DNA of 44,546 nucleotides from an uncultured Eubacteriales bacterium (GTDB lineage: Bacteria; Bacillota; Clostridia; Oscillospirales; QAKW01), in contig CAYRYQ010000005.1 in assembly GCA_964428505.1 (NCBI GenBank), forward strand, positions 1-44,546, given 5' to 3'. Made by a program: the position numbers and the translations under genes. Each line of letters opens with the position of its first letter. Positions within the stretch are counted from its first letter, which is position 1. The notes below the pieces were generated by a model. The model saw only the letters and a list, made by a program, of their open reading frames with translations. It did no database searches and was not told the DNA's origin. This document shows, in pieces, positions 1 through 7,658 of the stretch.

Positions 1-132
1 CGCGTTGCTTCGCCGGTTGATGACGCTGCCTGTGGCGGGTGTCATATCCACCCAGTCCTCCGAGGAATCCTTGCCGTCAGAGCAGCCGCTCAGCAGCAAC
101 AGCGCCGCCAGAAGGGCAAAAATACGTTTCAT
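1..132 (-). CDS. Lipoprotein, N-terminal 44 codons only (continues past the left edge)
   Basis: Reverse-strand ATG at 132-130 reads MKRIFALLAALLLLSGCSDGKDSSEDWVDM..., with lipobox LLSGC. GGAGGT lies at 137-142 (rc). High GC. Absent from the ORF track only because the window truncates it. Confidence 0.6.
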   Translation of the reverse strand, partial: MKRIFALLAALLLLSGCSDGKDSSEDWVDMTPATGSVINRRSNA

Positions 133-145
133 GGTGACCTCCTTT

Positions 146-1429
146 TTATTGATAAGGACAAAAAGTTACCATGATTGCCGGAAATTCATAGTAATCAATC
201 ACATCCCAAGCAATATATCTTGGACTTTGGTTCCATCCGTCTGTCACTTTTACAAATTTAAAGGTCGCCTTGCTACCAAAGGTATCTGTATTCATAACCG
301 TGTATCCAAACGCTACAACAGCGTGCCCGACATAATCAAAATTCCCACCAAGTTCTGCTGGCTCAAAACTTACAATAACCGGCCAAGAATAACTACCGAT
401 ATAATTTGTTAAAAAGCTCCAACTGTTTTGCGCTGTATAGGTCTTTCCCACATATCCATAGGCTGAATTCACCTCACGTAACACCCTGGAGGCACTTCCA
501 GAAAAATAGCTATGGGAATTCGTGGTGGTCGCAAAAGAAGGATCAAAATAGTCTAACTCATCAGATTTTTGGCATAAACTCTTGAATAAAACATCGTAAT
601 CAGATGGGTATGCAGGACAACAAATTGGTCTCCAATATCTCATGACGTTTGCCATTGCCGTAATAACACAATGATCCAGGTTATACAATCGATACCCATC
701 TGGAAGCCCTTTATACCCTAATCCTGGATCATAAGAATACATCAAATTCATAGCGCCAGAATTTCTCATTCCATCTTCTATTGTTCCATATGTTGAGCAC
801 GTTGCGCTTAAATAGCCCAAGCTTCTTAGCCAATCAATGGGACTTTGCTCAAATACTGCTATTCCCCCATTCGTAGTGGGAACAGAACCGGCTGTTATTA
901 AATCTCTAAAATCATTGTTACTTTCTTTGTTTCCACAAATTCGTTCACCGACAACATCTTTTTTTGACACAATTTGATCTTCATGATAATATTTTTCTGG
1001 GCTTCTTCTTGTTTCTTTTTCTTTTTCAAAAACAGAAAACGGCGTATAATAAATTGTTTCTCTTCCATCTAATGATTGTTTATAATAATCAGATGCCCCC
1101 TCATATGAAAATTCTGGGCAAAGTGCATAAGATGTGTCAGTGCTAATTAACACATATCCTTTTTCTGCGGTTTCATTAAAAAAATCAACACAGTAATATG
1201 TTATATTCCCCATTTCATCATATAAAGGTGTAATATTATAAGAATCAATGTTGATCTCACTTTGTGCATTCCCATAAAAATATAGAATTGCCATAGACAT
1301 TGCCTCATCCTGCGTAACAACCGTGTTTTCAGGCTCTGCAAATGTGATCATTTGGCAAAATGAAAATGCCATTATAACAGAGACCATTAAAAAAACAACT
1401 CTTTTACACTTAAAATAAAATTTCATCAT
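146..1429 (-). CDS. Secreted papain-fold cysteine peptidase, streptopain (C10)-like, with an N-terminal Spi/I69-like prodomain
   Basis: Signal peptide MMKFYFKCKRVVFLMVSVIMAFSFCQMITFA|EP. Catalytic-Cys context DHCVITAMANVMRYW resembles SpeB GCVATATAQIMKYH. His context VGHAVVAFGY resembles GGHAFVIDG, followed by DGWNQ (SpeB NWGWGG). Gene is about 33% GC against roughly 58% flanks. Confidence 0.6.
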   Translation of the reverse strand: MMKFYFKCKRVVFLMVSVIMAFSFCQMITFAEPENTVVTQDEAMSMAILYFYGNAQSEINIDSYNITPLYDEMGNITYYCVDFFNETAEKGYVLISTDTSYALCPEFSYEGASDYYKQSLDGRETIYYTPFSVFEKEKETRRSPEKYYHEDQIVSKKDVVGERICGNKESNNDFRDLITAGSVPTTNGGIAVFEQSPIDWLRSLGYLSATCSTYGTIEDGMRNSGAMNLMYSYDPGLGYKGLPDGYRLYNLDHCVITAMANVMRYWRPICCPAYPSDYDVLFKSLCQKSDELDYFDPSFATTTNSHSYFSGSASRVLREVNSAYGYVGKTYTAQNSWSFLTNYIGSYSWPVIVSFEPAELGGNFDYVGHAVVAFGYTVMNTDTFGSKATFKFVKVTDGWNQSPRYIAWDVIDYYEFPAIMVTFCPYQ

Positions 1430-1453
1430 TACGTCCTCTTATTATTTAACTAT

Positions 1454-1481
1454 ATTATATCGCATTTTATATTTATGTCAA
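1454..1481 (-). promoter_or_regulatory. Sigma-A type promoter for the peptidase gene
   Basis: On the reverse strand: TTGACA (1481-1476), 16-nt spacer, TATAAT (1459-1454), about 25 nt upstream of the start codon. Confidence 0.45.
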
Positions 1482-1642
1482 CACTTTTTAATAATGATAT
1501 AATTGATTTTGATATAAATAGTCATAAAAACAATCAAATAGGCCTAAGCATTTAAGTTTAACAGTGATCTGTTGTTAATCCCGCTTTGAATTTTCTATGT
1601 TAAATTCACTTTATATACCCATGCTCCCCCGACTACATCCTT

Positions 1643-2108
1643 TTATAATGTTACTGTTTTGGTGGCAATGTTGCGGCAAAAGACCGCATCGTGCTCCACG
1701 AAGACCATGGTTGGCCGGTACTCCAGCAGCAGCTCCTCCAGCTGCAGCCTGGAAAAAACGTCCACATAATTGAGCGGCTCGTCCCAGAGATAAAGATGGG
1801 CTCGCTCACACAGCCCCGCTGCCACAAGAATCTTTTTGCACTGTCCGTCGCTAAGTGCCTCCAGAGGCAGGGAAAACTGTTCCTGGAAAAGTCCAGCTTA
1901 CGAAGAATCGTTTTAAACTGGCTTTCCCCCAAGTCTCCTCAATTGCCTTCTCCACTCGTTTTTCCATATTTTTAGTTCGCTTCATTACTTTGGCCGCCTG
2001 ATGCCCCACATATCCGCGATCCGGGTGCAGACCGGCGGAAGTTTTTCCTTTTTTCTCTTTTTCCGCATGGGCGGACCAGCGCGCTGCTTCCTTGGACGCA
2101 TCCTCCAA
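1643..2108 (-). pseudogene. Decayed ABC-F (Lsa/Vga-type ribosomal-protection-like) ATPase remnant: inter-domain linker plus the C-terminal end of NBD2
   Basis: Three reading-frame pieces. (1) KEAARWSAHAEKEKKGKTSAGLHPDRGYVGHQAAKVMKRTKNMEKRVEKAIEE, an ABC-F linker. (2) GESQFKTILRKLDFSRNSF. (3) (LSDGQCKKILV)AAGLCERAHLYLWDEPLNYVDVFSRLQLEELLLEYRPTMVFVEHD, the signature / Walker B / H-loop region. NBD1 and the NBD2 Walker A are missing. Confidence 0.7.
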
Positions 2109-2127
2109 AACGTCGGGCTTTTTTTAC

Positions 2128-2156
2128 TTGACAAGTGCTTCCTTCTCCTCTATACT
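2128..2156 (+). promoter_or_regulatory. Near-consensus sigma-A promoter of the Fur-family/metal-uptake operon
   Basis: TTGACA (2128-2133), 17-nt spacer, TATACT (2151-2156). Confidence 0.6.
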
Positions 2157-2164
2157 GATAAATA

Positions 2165-2179
2165 TGAGAATAGCTCTCA
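2165..2179. promoter_or_regulatory. Candidate Fur-family (Zur) operator, 7-1-7 inverted repeat
   Basis: TGAGAAT-A-GCTCTCA sits immediately downstream of the -10. The left half matches the Fur-box half-site TGATAAT at 6 of 7 positions. The core TGAGA/TCTCA is a perfect inverted repeat. Confidence 0.35.
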
Positions 2180-2198
2180 AATCAGAGGAGTGGTGAAA

Positions 2199-2639
2199 AT
2201 GTCTTATCAAACCAAAGCGCGCAAGTTGCTTTTGGATTTTCTGAGCAGCCATCCTGACAACAGCTATACGGCTGACGAACTGGCGGAATTGCTGGCCTTG
2301 GAATATGGCGCCGGGGCTGCGCCGGGCAAAAGCACGGTCTACCGGCTGGTTGCCCGTCTGGTGGAGGAAGCGCTGATCAAGCGATTTTCCAAAGAAGGCT
2401 CCCGCCAGGCTTTTTATCAAATTGCAGGCTGCAGCGGGGCTCCTCATCTGCATTTAAAATGCATGGAATGCGGACGGCTGATTCATATGGAGGAAAGCGT
2501 CTCCGACCGCCTGCTGAACGATATTTTAAAAAGCGATCATTTTTCAGTGGATGAACATCAGACGGTTCTTTTCGGCCGCTGCAGCGGATGCCGGAAACAG
2601 CCTCAAAAAGGCGCATCACACCATGGAAACCATTCATAA
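2199..2639 (+). CDS. Fur-family metalloregulator, probably Zur-like
   Basis: Start MSYQTKARKLLLDFLSSHPD with GAGGAG at 2185-2190. Winged-helix region plus paired CxxC motifs (CMECG ... CSGC). Lies directly upstream of the metal ABC importer. The track ORF start at 2001 is rejected because it has no RBS and would overlap the promoter. Confidence 0.8.
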   Translation: MSYQTKARKLLLDFLSSHPDNSYTADELAELLALEYGAGAAPGKSTVYRLVARLVEEALIKRFSKEGSRQAFYQIAGCSGAPHLHLKCMECGRLIHMEESVSDRLLNDILKSDHFSVDEHQTVLFGRCSGCRKQPQKGASHHGNHS

Positions 2640-2919
2640 ATTTCACCGGACGCGCCTTTCAGTCCTGGGCGGCCTGCTCATCCTCCTGCTTTTGCTTTCC
2701 GCGTTTTTTCTGGTGCGGATCAAAGTGCATTCCTGCACCGGGAACGACTGTGTGATCTGTATGCTGCTGAACAGCTGCGGGGATCAAGGACCGGCGCCTT
2801 CCGGTGCGCTATTTATTCTTTTGGCAATCCCTACCGTCGCGCTGCCGCTTTTGTGCCCGTTATCCGACGCACCGCCGCGCTGCACGCCGATACGCCTAAG
2901 GGATGAGCTGAACATCTGA
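2623..2919 (+). CDS. Small (98 aa) two-TM, Cys-rich membrane protein of unknown function
   Basis: METIHKFHRTRLSVLGGLLILLLLLSAFFLV...HSCTGNDCVICMLLNSC...ALFILLAIPTVALPLL. Fills the 328-nt gap between the regulator and the binding-protein gene and overlaps the regulator stop by 17 nt. RBS is weak. Confidence 0.4.
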   Translation: METIHKFHRTRLSVLGGLLILLLLLSAFFLVRIKVHSCTGNDCVICMLLNSCGDQGPAPSGALFILLAIPTVALPLLCPLSDAPPRCTPIRLRDELNI

Positions 2920-2967
2920 GCTAAACCAACTCTTTTGTAACCCCTATAGAAACGAGGATCATCATTC

Positions 2968-3900
2968 ATGAAAAAAATAGCAGGACTTTCTGTTCTGGTC
3001 ATCCTGCTCGGCTGTCTTAGCGGCTGCGCGGTCAGGAAACAGACAGAAAAGCTGCAAATTGTATGCACCATCTTTCCGGCCTACGACTGGGTGAAAAGCC
3101 TTGTGGGCGAAGACGAGGATGTATCCGTCACTCTTTTGATCGACGGCGGCACCGATTTACATCGCTATCAGCCCAGCGCGGCTGATCTGATTCAAATCTC
3201 CGCCTGCGATCTGCTGGTTTATGTGGGCGGTCCCTCCGATCAATGGGTCAAAGAGGCGCTTGAAAGCAGCCAAAATCCGAGCCGAAAAACCCTTGCGCTG
3301 ATGGACCTTGCGCCAAAGGAGGAAACAGGCGGGGAAGTGGATCGGTCCACCGCCGATCCGCTGACGCAGGACGAGCATATCTGGCTTTCGATCACCGCGG
3401 CGCAGGCATCCGCCGCGGCGATCGAGGAGCAGCTGTGTCAGCTGGACCCGGCCCATCAGGCGCAATTTCAGGCAAGCGGCGCGCAATATCAAAACGCCCT
3501 TTCTTCCCTGCAGCAGCAATATCTGCAAGCCATGAATACGTCTTCCCGCAAAACGCTTCTGTTTGCTGACCGTTTTCCCTTTTATTATTTGGCAAAAGAT
3601 TATCATCTGCAGTATTTCGCCGCCTTTTTAGGATGCTCCACAGCCACTGCAGCCGATTTTCAGGCCATCTCCTTTCTGTCCCAGAAGGTGGATGAGCTAA
3701 GGCTGCCGGTGGTTTTGGTTCTGGAGGATTCTGATCAGGCCATTGCCCATACAGTCATTGCGAATACCCGCGCAAAAAATCAGAAAATTTTAGTGATGAA
3801 TGCAATGCAGACGGTCACGCCGGAAGACATTGCGGCGGGTGAAAGTTATCTGAATATTATGAAAGAAAATCTCGCAGCCCTGACATCGGCGCTGCATTGA
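2968..3900 (+). CDS. Metal ABC transporter substrate-binding lipoprotein (TroA/ZnuA cluster A-I)
   Basis: Lipobox LLGCLSGC. Family-typical motifs: DLHRYQPS, DEHIWLS, FPFYYLAKDY. Confidence 0.85.
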   Translation: MKKIAGLSVLVILLGCLSGCAVRKQTEKLQIVCTIFPAYDWVKSLVGEDEDVSVTLLIDGGTDLHRYQPSAADLIQISACDLLVYVGGPSDQWVKEALESSQNPSRKTLALMDLAPKEETGGEVDRSTADPLTQDEHIWLSITAAQASAAAIEEQLCQLDPAHQAQFQASGAQYQNALSSLQQQYLQAMNTSSRKTLLFADRFPFYYLAKDYHLQYFAAFLGCSTATAADFQAISFLSQKVDELRLPVVLVLEDSDQAIAHTVIANTRAKNQKILVMNAMQTVTPEDIAAGESYLNIMKENLAALTSALH

Positions 3901-3916
3901 GAAAGGAGTCCATTTC

Positions 3917-4627
3917 ATGGCACAACTGATCTGTGAGGATCTGAGCTTGGGATACGACGGAAAGACTGTGGTGGAAGACCTGAATTTTTCCGTTTCCAAA
4001 GGAGATTACCTTTGCATTGTGGGGGAAAACGGGAGCGGAAAAAGCACGCTCATGAAAACCCTGCTGCATTTAAAGAAGCCCCTGGGGGGCGCCATCCGGT
4101 TCGGGGAAGGACTGACGCAGAAAAAAATCGGCTACCTGCCGCAGCAAACGGTCGTTCAGCGGGATTTCCCCGCTTCTGTGAAAGAAATCGTTCGCTCCGG
4201 GTGTATTAATCAGGGCGGCATCACGCCATTCTACACCAAAAAAGAAAAGGCGCTGGTGCAAAAGAACATGGAAATGATGGGGATCCTGCCCTTGCAAAAC
4301 CGCTGCTACCGGGAGCTTTCCGGCGGCCAGCAGCAGCGTGTGCTGCTGGCCCGGGCGCTGACCGCCACCCAGGAAATGCTGGTGCTGGATGAGCCGGGGG
4401 CCGGGCTGGATCCTAAGGTGACGCAGGAAATGTATGACCTGATCCAAACGCTGAATCAGAAGATGGGAATCACCATCGTTATGGTCTCCCATGATGTCGG
4501 CGCGGCGGTGCACTATGCCAGCCATATTCTGCATGTCAGCCAAAAGCCCCTCTTTTTCGGAACGAAAGAAGACTACTTGAATACCGCCGTCGGAAAGGCG
4601 TTTGCCTCTTTGGGAGGTGATGCATAA
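3917..4627 (+). CDS. Metal ABC transporter ATP-binding protein (ZnuC-like)
   Basis: Walker A GENGSGKST, signature LSGGQQQR, Walker B LVLDEP, H-loop VSHD. RBS AAGGAG. Confidence 0.9.
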   Translation: MAQLICEDLSLGYDGKTVVEDLNFSVSKGDYLCIVGENGSGKSTLMKTLLHLKKPLGGAIRFGEGLTQKKIGYLPQQTVVQRDFPASVKEIVRSGCINQGGITPFYTKKEKALVQKNMEMMGILPLQNRCYRELSGGQQQRVLLARALTATQEMLVLDEPGAGLDPKVTQEMYDLIQTLNQKMGITIVMVSHDVGAAVHYASHILHVSQKPLFFGTKEDYLNTAVGKAFASLGGDA

Positions 4628-5481
4628 TGGCCGATCTGTTTTTTCAGCTGCAGCGCTATATCCAATATCCCTTTGTGCGCTATGCCATTGTTGCCACCGT
4701 GCTCATTGCCCTTTGCTCGTCTTTACTGGGCGTCACTCTGGTTTTAAAACGCTTTTCTTTCATTGGCGATGGCCTTTCCCATGTAGCCTTCGGCGCCATG
4801 GCCATTGCCATGGTGTTGAAGCTCACCAATCAGACGCTGCTGATCCTTCCAATCACCATCTTGACCGCCATTTTATTGCTGCGAACAGGGCAAAACACCA
4901 AAATCAAAGGGGACGCTTCGCTGGCGATGCTGTCGGTGGGGGCGCTGGCGTTTGGCTATCTGTTTATCAATCTCTTTTCCAAATCCGCCAATATATCAGG
5001 GGATGTCTGCTCCACCCTGTTTGGTTCTCAATCCATTCTGACCCTGTCGGTGACCGATGTGTGGATCTGCGTGGGCATGTCTGTGCTGGTGCTGGTGCTT
5101 TATTTTCTGTTTTACCGGCAGATCTTTGCCATTACCTTTGACGAAAATTTCGCTTATGCCACCGGAGTTCGGGCGGATCTCTACAATCTGCTCATTGCCG
5201 TGATCACAGCCATGATCATCGTATTGGCCATGAATTTGGTGGGATCGCTGCTGATTTCCGCTTTGGTCATCTTCCCCTCCCTTTCTGCCATGCGGGTCTT
5301 CAAGAGCTTTCGCGCGGTAATGATCTGCTCCATGATCGTTTCTGTCTTTACCAGCGCCTTGGGGCTGCTGGTCTCCATCTTAGGCTCTACGCCGGTCGGC
5401 GCGACCATTGTCGGCGTTGAGATACTGGTTTTCCTGTTTTTCACCATCATCGGCATTTGGAAAATGGGGATCAAAACATGA
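4627..5481 (+). CDS. Metal ABC transporter permease (ZnuB-like)
   Basis: Multi-TM protein of the ABC-3 family. ATG overlaps the upstream stop (TAATG). Confidence 0.85.
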   Translation: MADLFFQLQRYIQYPFVRYAIVATVLIALCSSLLGVTLVLKRFSFIGDGLSHVAFGAMAIAMVLKLTNQTLLILPITILTAILLLRTGQNTKIKGDASLAMLSVGALAFGYLFINLFSKSANISGDVCSTLFGSQSILTLSVTDVWICVGMSVLVLVLYFLFYRQIFAITFDENFAYATGVRADLYNLLIAVITAMIIVLAMNLVGSLLISALVIFPSLSAMRVFKSFRAVMICSMIVSVFTSALGLLVSILGSTPVGATIVGVEILVFLFFTIIGIWKMGIKT

Positions 5482-5936
5482 AAAGAAGAATGGCCTTTTT
5501 GACGCTTCTCTGTCTGTTTGCAACTTTAATTTTCGGTTGCAGCTCCGCCCAGAAAGCAGTAGACACGTCTTCTGTGGTAGACGTGGATCTTTCCACCATG
5601 AGCGCCACCATGGTCTATTCCTATGTTTACGACATGATGCGCTCCCCTGAAAACTTTGAGGGAAAAACCATCCGTGCGGAGGGAAAGATGTATCGAACCG
5701 ATCCGGACCCGGACACCGGCGCGGTTTACTATTATCTGATCATTTCCGACGCCACCGCCTGCTGTCAGCAGGGCCTGGAATTCATCTATAACAATAATAA
5801 AGATCCCTATCCGGAGGATAATTCCACGGTTCTGGTATCCGGCGTTTTTTCGCACTATGTGGAAGAAGATCTTCCTTATTATTACATTAAAGCCGATGCC
5901 ATGACGCTGATCTCCCCGCCTGACACAGACTCTTAA
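5478..5936 (+). CDS. Lipoprotein of unknown function, last gene of the metal-uptake operon
   Basis: MKRRMAFLTLLCLFATLIFGCSS (lipobox). ATGA overlap with the permease stop. Contains a vicinal Cys pair, DATACCQQGLEF. Confidence 0.6.
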   Translation: MKRRMAFLTLLCLFATLIFGCSSAQKAVDTSSVVDVDLSTMSATMVYSYVYDMMRSPENFEGKTIRAEGKMYRTDPDPDTGAVYYYLIISDATACCQQGLEFIYNNNKDPYPEDNSTVLVSGVFSHYVEEDLPYYYIKADAMTLISPPDTDS

Positions 5937-6739
5937 TGCTTTTTTCGGTATTCCCGGGGCGTTAAACCAATCCGTTTGCGGAAAACCGCGGAAAAATAAT
6001 GCTCATCGGCAAATTGAAGCTGCTGTGCAATTTCTTTCACCAGCAGGCTGGTGTGCGTTAAAAGAATGCAGGCACGCTGCATTTTACGTTCCAAGATATA
6101 ATCATAGGGTGTTTGTCCGTATGCGGTTCTGAAAATCCGGATGGTCTGAGAGGGAGAATGAAAAATCAGCTGGGCCAGCTCCTCCATGGTAAAGCGCTTT
6201 TCAATATGCTCATCAATATATTTTTTAAGTAAATGCGCTTTTTCCGGTGCCGCTGCCACAGGTGACGGCAGACATCTGGCAATGGCGCGGATCAGACGGT
6301 GAAACCCGTCTGCCCCTTCGTTCAGAATATCCGCAACCGTCAGATTCTCCTGGCTCAGAAAGCGTAAATACCGAATAAATTCCTCTTCCAGCCATGCCCC
6401 GCTCAGGTGATAGGTCTGATCCAATCCGTAGATCTTTGTCAAACCATCCACCAGGGTGCCGGATACATTGAACCATATTTTTTCAAAAGGGCATGCGGGA
6501 TCACTGAAATATTCATGCCGCTGCCAAGCCGGCAGAATATAAACATCGCCGGCCTTTACCGAAAATTCATCGCCGCTGATCCGTACGATCCCGCGGCCTG
6601 CACGCACCGATTCAAACACCCAAAGATCGGTTTTTTCGCGATTGATATAATAATTCCGGTCGGGATAGGTAATGCCTGCCATGATCACATTAAAAACAGG
6701 GCTTTCCTGCACCGGAAGCCGCACCAGTTTTTCCCGCAT
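5933..6739 (-). CDS. AraC-family transcriptional regulator (cupin sensor plus HTH)
   Basis: N-terminal cupin-like region (GDVYILPAWQRHEY) and C-terminal AraC HTH (LAQLIFHSPSQTIRIFRTAYGQTPYDYIL...FRKRIGLTPREYR). Confidence 0.85.
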   Translation of the reverse strand: MREKLVRLPVQESPVFNVIMAGITYPDRNYYINREKTDLWVFESVRAGRGIVRISGDEFSVKAGDVYILPAWQRHEYFSDPACPFEKIWFNVSGTLVDGLTKIYGLDQTYHLSGAWLEEEFIRYLRFLSQENLTVADILNEGADGFHRLIRAIARCLPSPVAAAPEKAHLLKKYIDEHIEKRFTMEELAQLIFHSPSQTIRIFRTAYGQTPYDYILERKMQRACILLTHTSLLVKEIAQQLQFADEHYFSAVFRKRIGLTPREYRKKH

Positions 6740-6927
6740 GCCTTTTCTCTCCCTTAAAATTTCATTTATTATGGCTTCAGTATATCATTGATTTCTCGCC
6801 TCGTAAAGAGAAAATGCAGTTTACAAGCTGCTTTTTTTATTGTATAATGTCAATATCAGGAAATGAAGTAAATCAACAAAAAATAAAATTCAAAGGCTTT
6901 CTATCAAAAAGAAAGGTTGTGTTTTTC

Positions 6928-7521
6928 ATGTCTCTTCCTATTATTACAATTGGCCGTTCCTTCGGCTCTGGCGGCAGAATTATCGGAGAAAAGGCGGCCA
7001 CGATGCTGGGAATCCCCCTTTATGATAAAGAACTGGTGCAGATTACTGCTGAAAAAAGCAATTTTTGCGCCGCGGTGGTGGAGCAAATGCAGCAAAAAAA
7101 GCCGGCCAGCCTGCTTTATACGCTTTCCGGATCGATGATGGAATTTCCGCTGCAGGATCAGGTGTTTTTTGCCCAGTCGGCCGTAATCCGGGAACTGGCC
7201 CCAAAAGGGCCCTGCGTCATTGTCGGGCGATGTGCCGACAGTATTCTGGAGGAAGAAGGCATCCGGCTTCTGAAGGTATTTGTTCATGCGCCGGACCACG
7301 AGCGGGCAAAACGGGCAAAAGAGACCTACCACGTTGAAGCCAAAGACATCGGCGACTATATTCGCAAAATGGATAAAAAGCGCAAAGCATATTATGATTA
7401 TTTCGCCCATCGCACGTGGGGAAAATCCGAAAATTATCATCTGTGTATCAACAGCACAATCGGGCTGGATATGGCGGCAGATCTGATTGTAAGGCTTGCG
7501 CGGGAATTTCCGGAAGCTTAG
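6928..7521 (+). CDS. Cytidylate-kinase-like family P-loop protein
   Basis: MSLPIITIGRSFGSGGRIIGEKAA..., a family-typical N-terminus. The ORF-track start at 6814 is trimmed to this ATG. Confidence 0.6.
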   Translation: MSLPIITIGRSFGSGGRIIGEKAATMLGIPLYDKELVQITAEKSNFCAAVVEQMQQKKPASLLYTLSGSMMEFPLQDQVFFAQSAVIRELAPKGPCVIVGRCADSILEEEGIRLLKVFVHAPDHERAKRAKETYHVEAKDIGDYIRKMDKKRKAYYDYFAHRTWGKSENYHLCINSTIGLDMAADLIVRLAREFPEA

Positions 7522-7544
7522 TTCGACAGACCGCAAGAAATGGA

Positions 7545-7573
7545 TTGACAAGAAAAGTGCAATCTGCTATAAT
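7545..7573 (+). promoter_or_regulatory. Consensus sigma-A promoter upstream of gltB
   Basis: TTGACA (7545-7550), 17-nt spacer, TATAAT (7568-7573). Confidence 0.65.
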
Positions 7574-7593
7574 AGTTCAACCAGATGAGCAAA

Positions 7594-7639
7594 GGCGTTC
7601 ATCTTCAAGGTAGGTCCTTGGGGATGTGCGCCCTTTTTT
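7594..7639 (+). terminator. Terminator-like hairpin plus U-tract inside the gltB 5' leader (candidate attenuator)
   Basis: GGCGttCATC (7594-7603) pairs with GATGtgCGCC (7623-7632) around an inner CAAGG/CCTTG hairpin, followed by CTTTTTT. An upstream AGATGA...TCATCT helix (7583-7604) competes for the same TTCATC segment. Confidence 0.4.
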
Positions 7640-7658
7640 AATGATGTAGGAAAGGATT

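Noticed and set aside
5-412. 135-aa plus-strand ORF at the left edge
   Set aside because: It overlaps both the reverse-strand lipoprotein start and the C10 peptidase gene. It spans the GC discontinuity, which a real gene would not be expected to do.
2001-2198. Upstream extension of the Fur-family ORF (start at 2001)
   Set aside because: The extension overlaps the ABC-F remnant and the consensus promoter at 2128-2156. The RBS and family-typical N-terminus begin at 2199.
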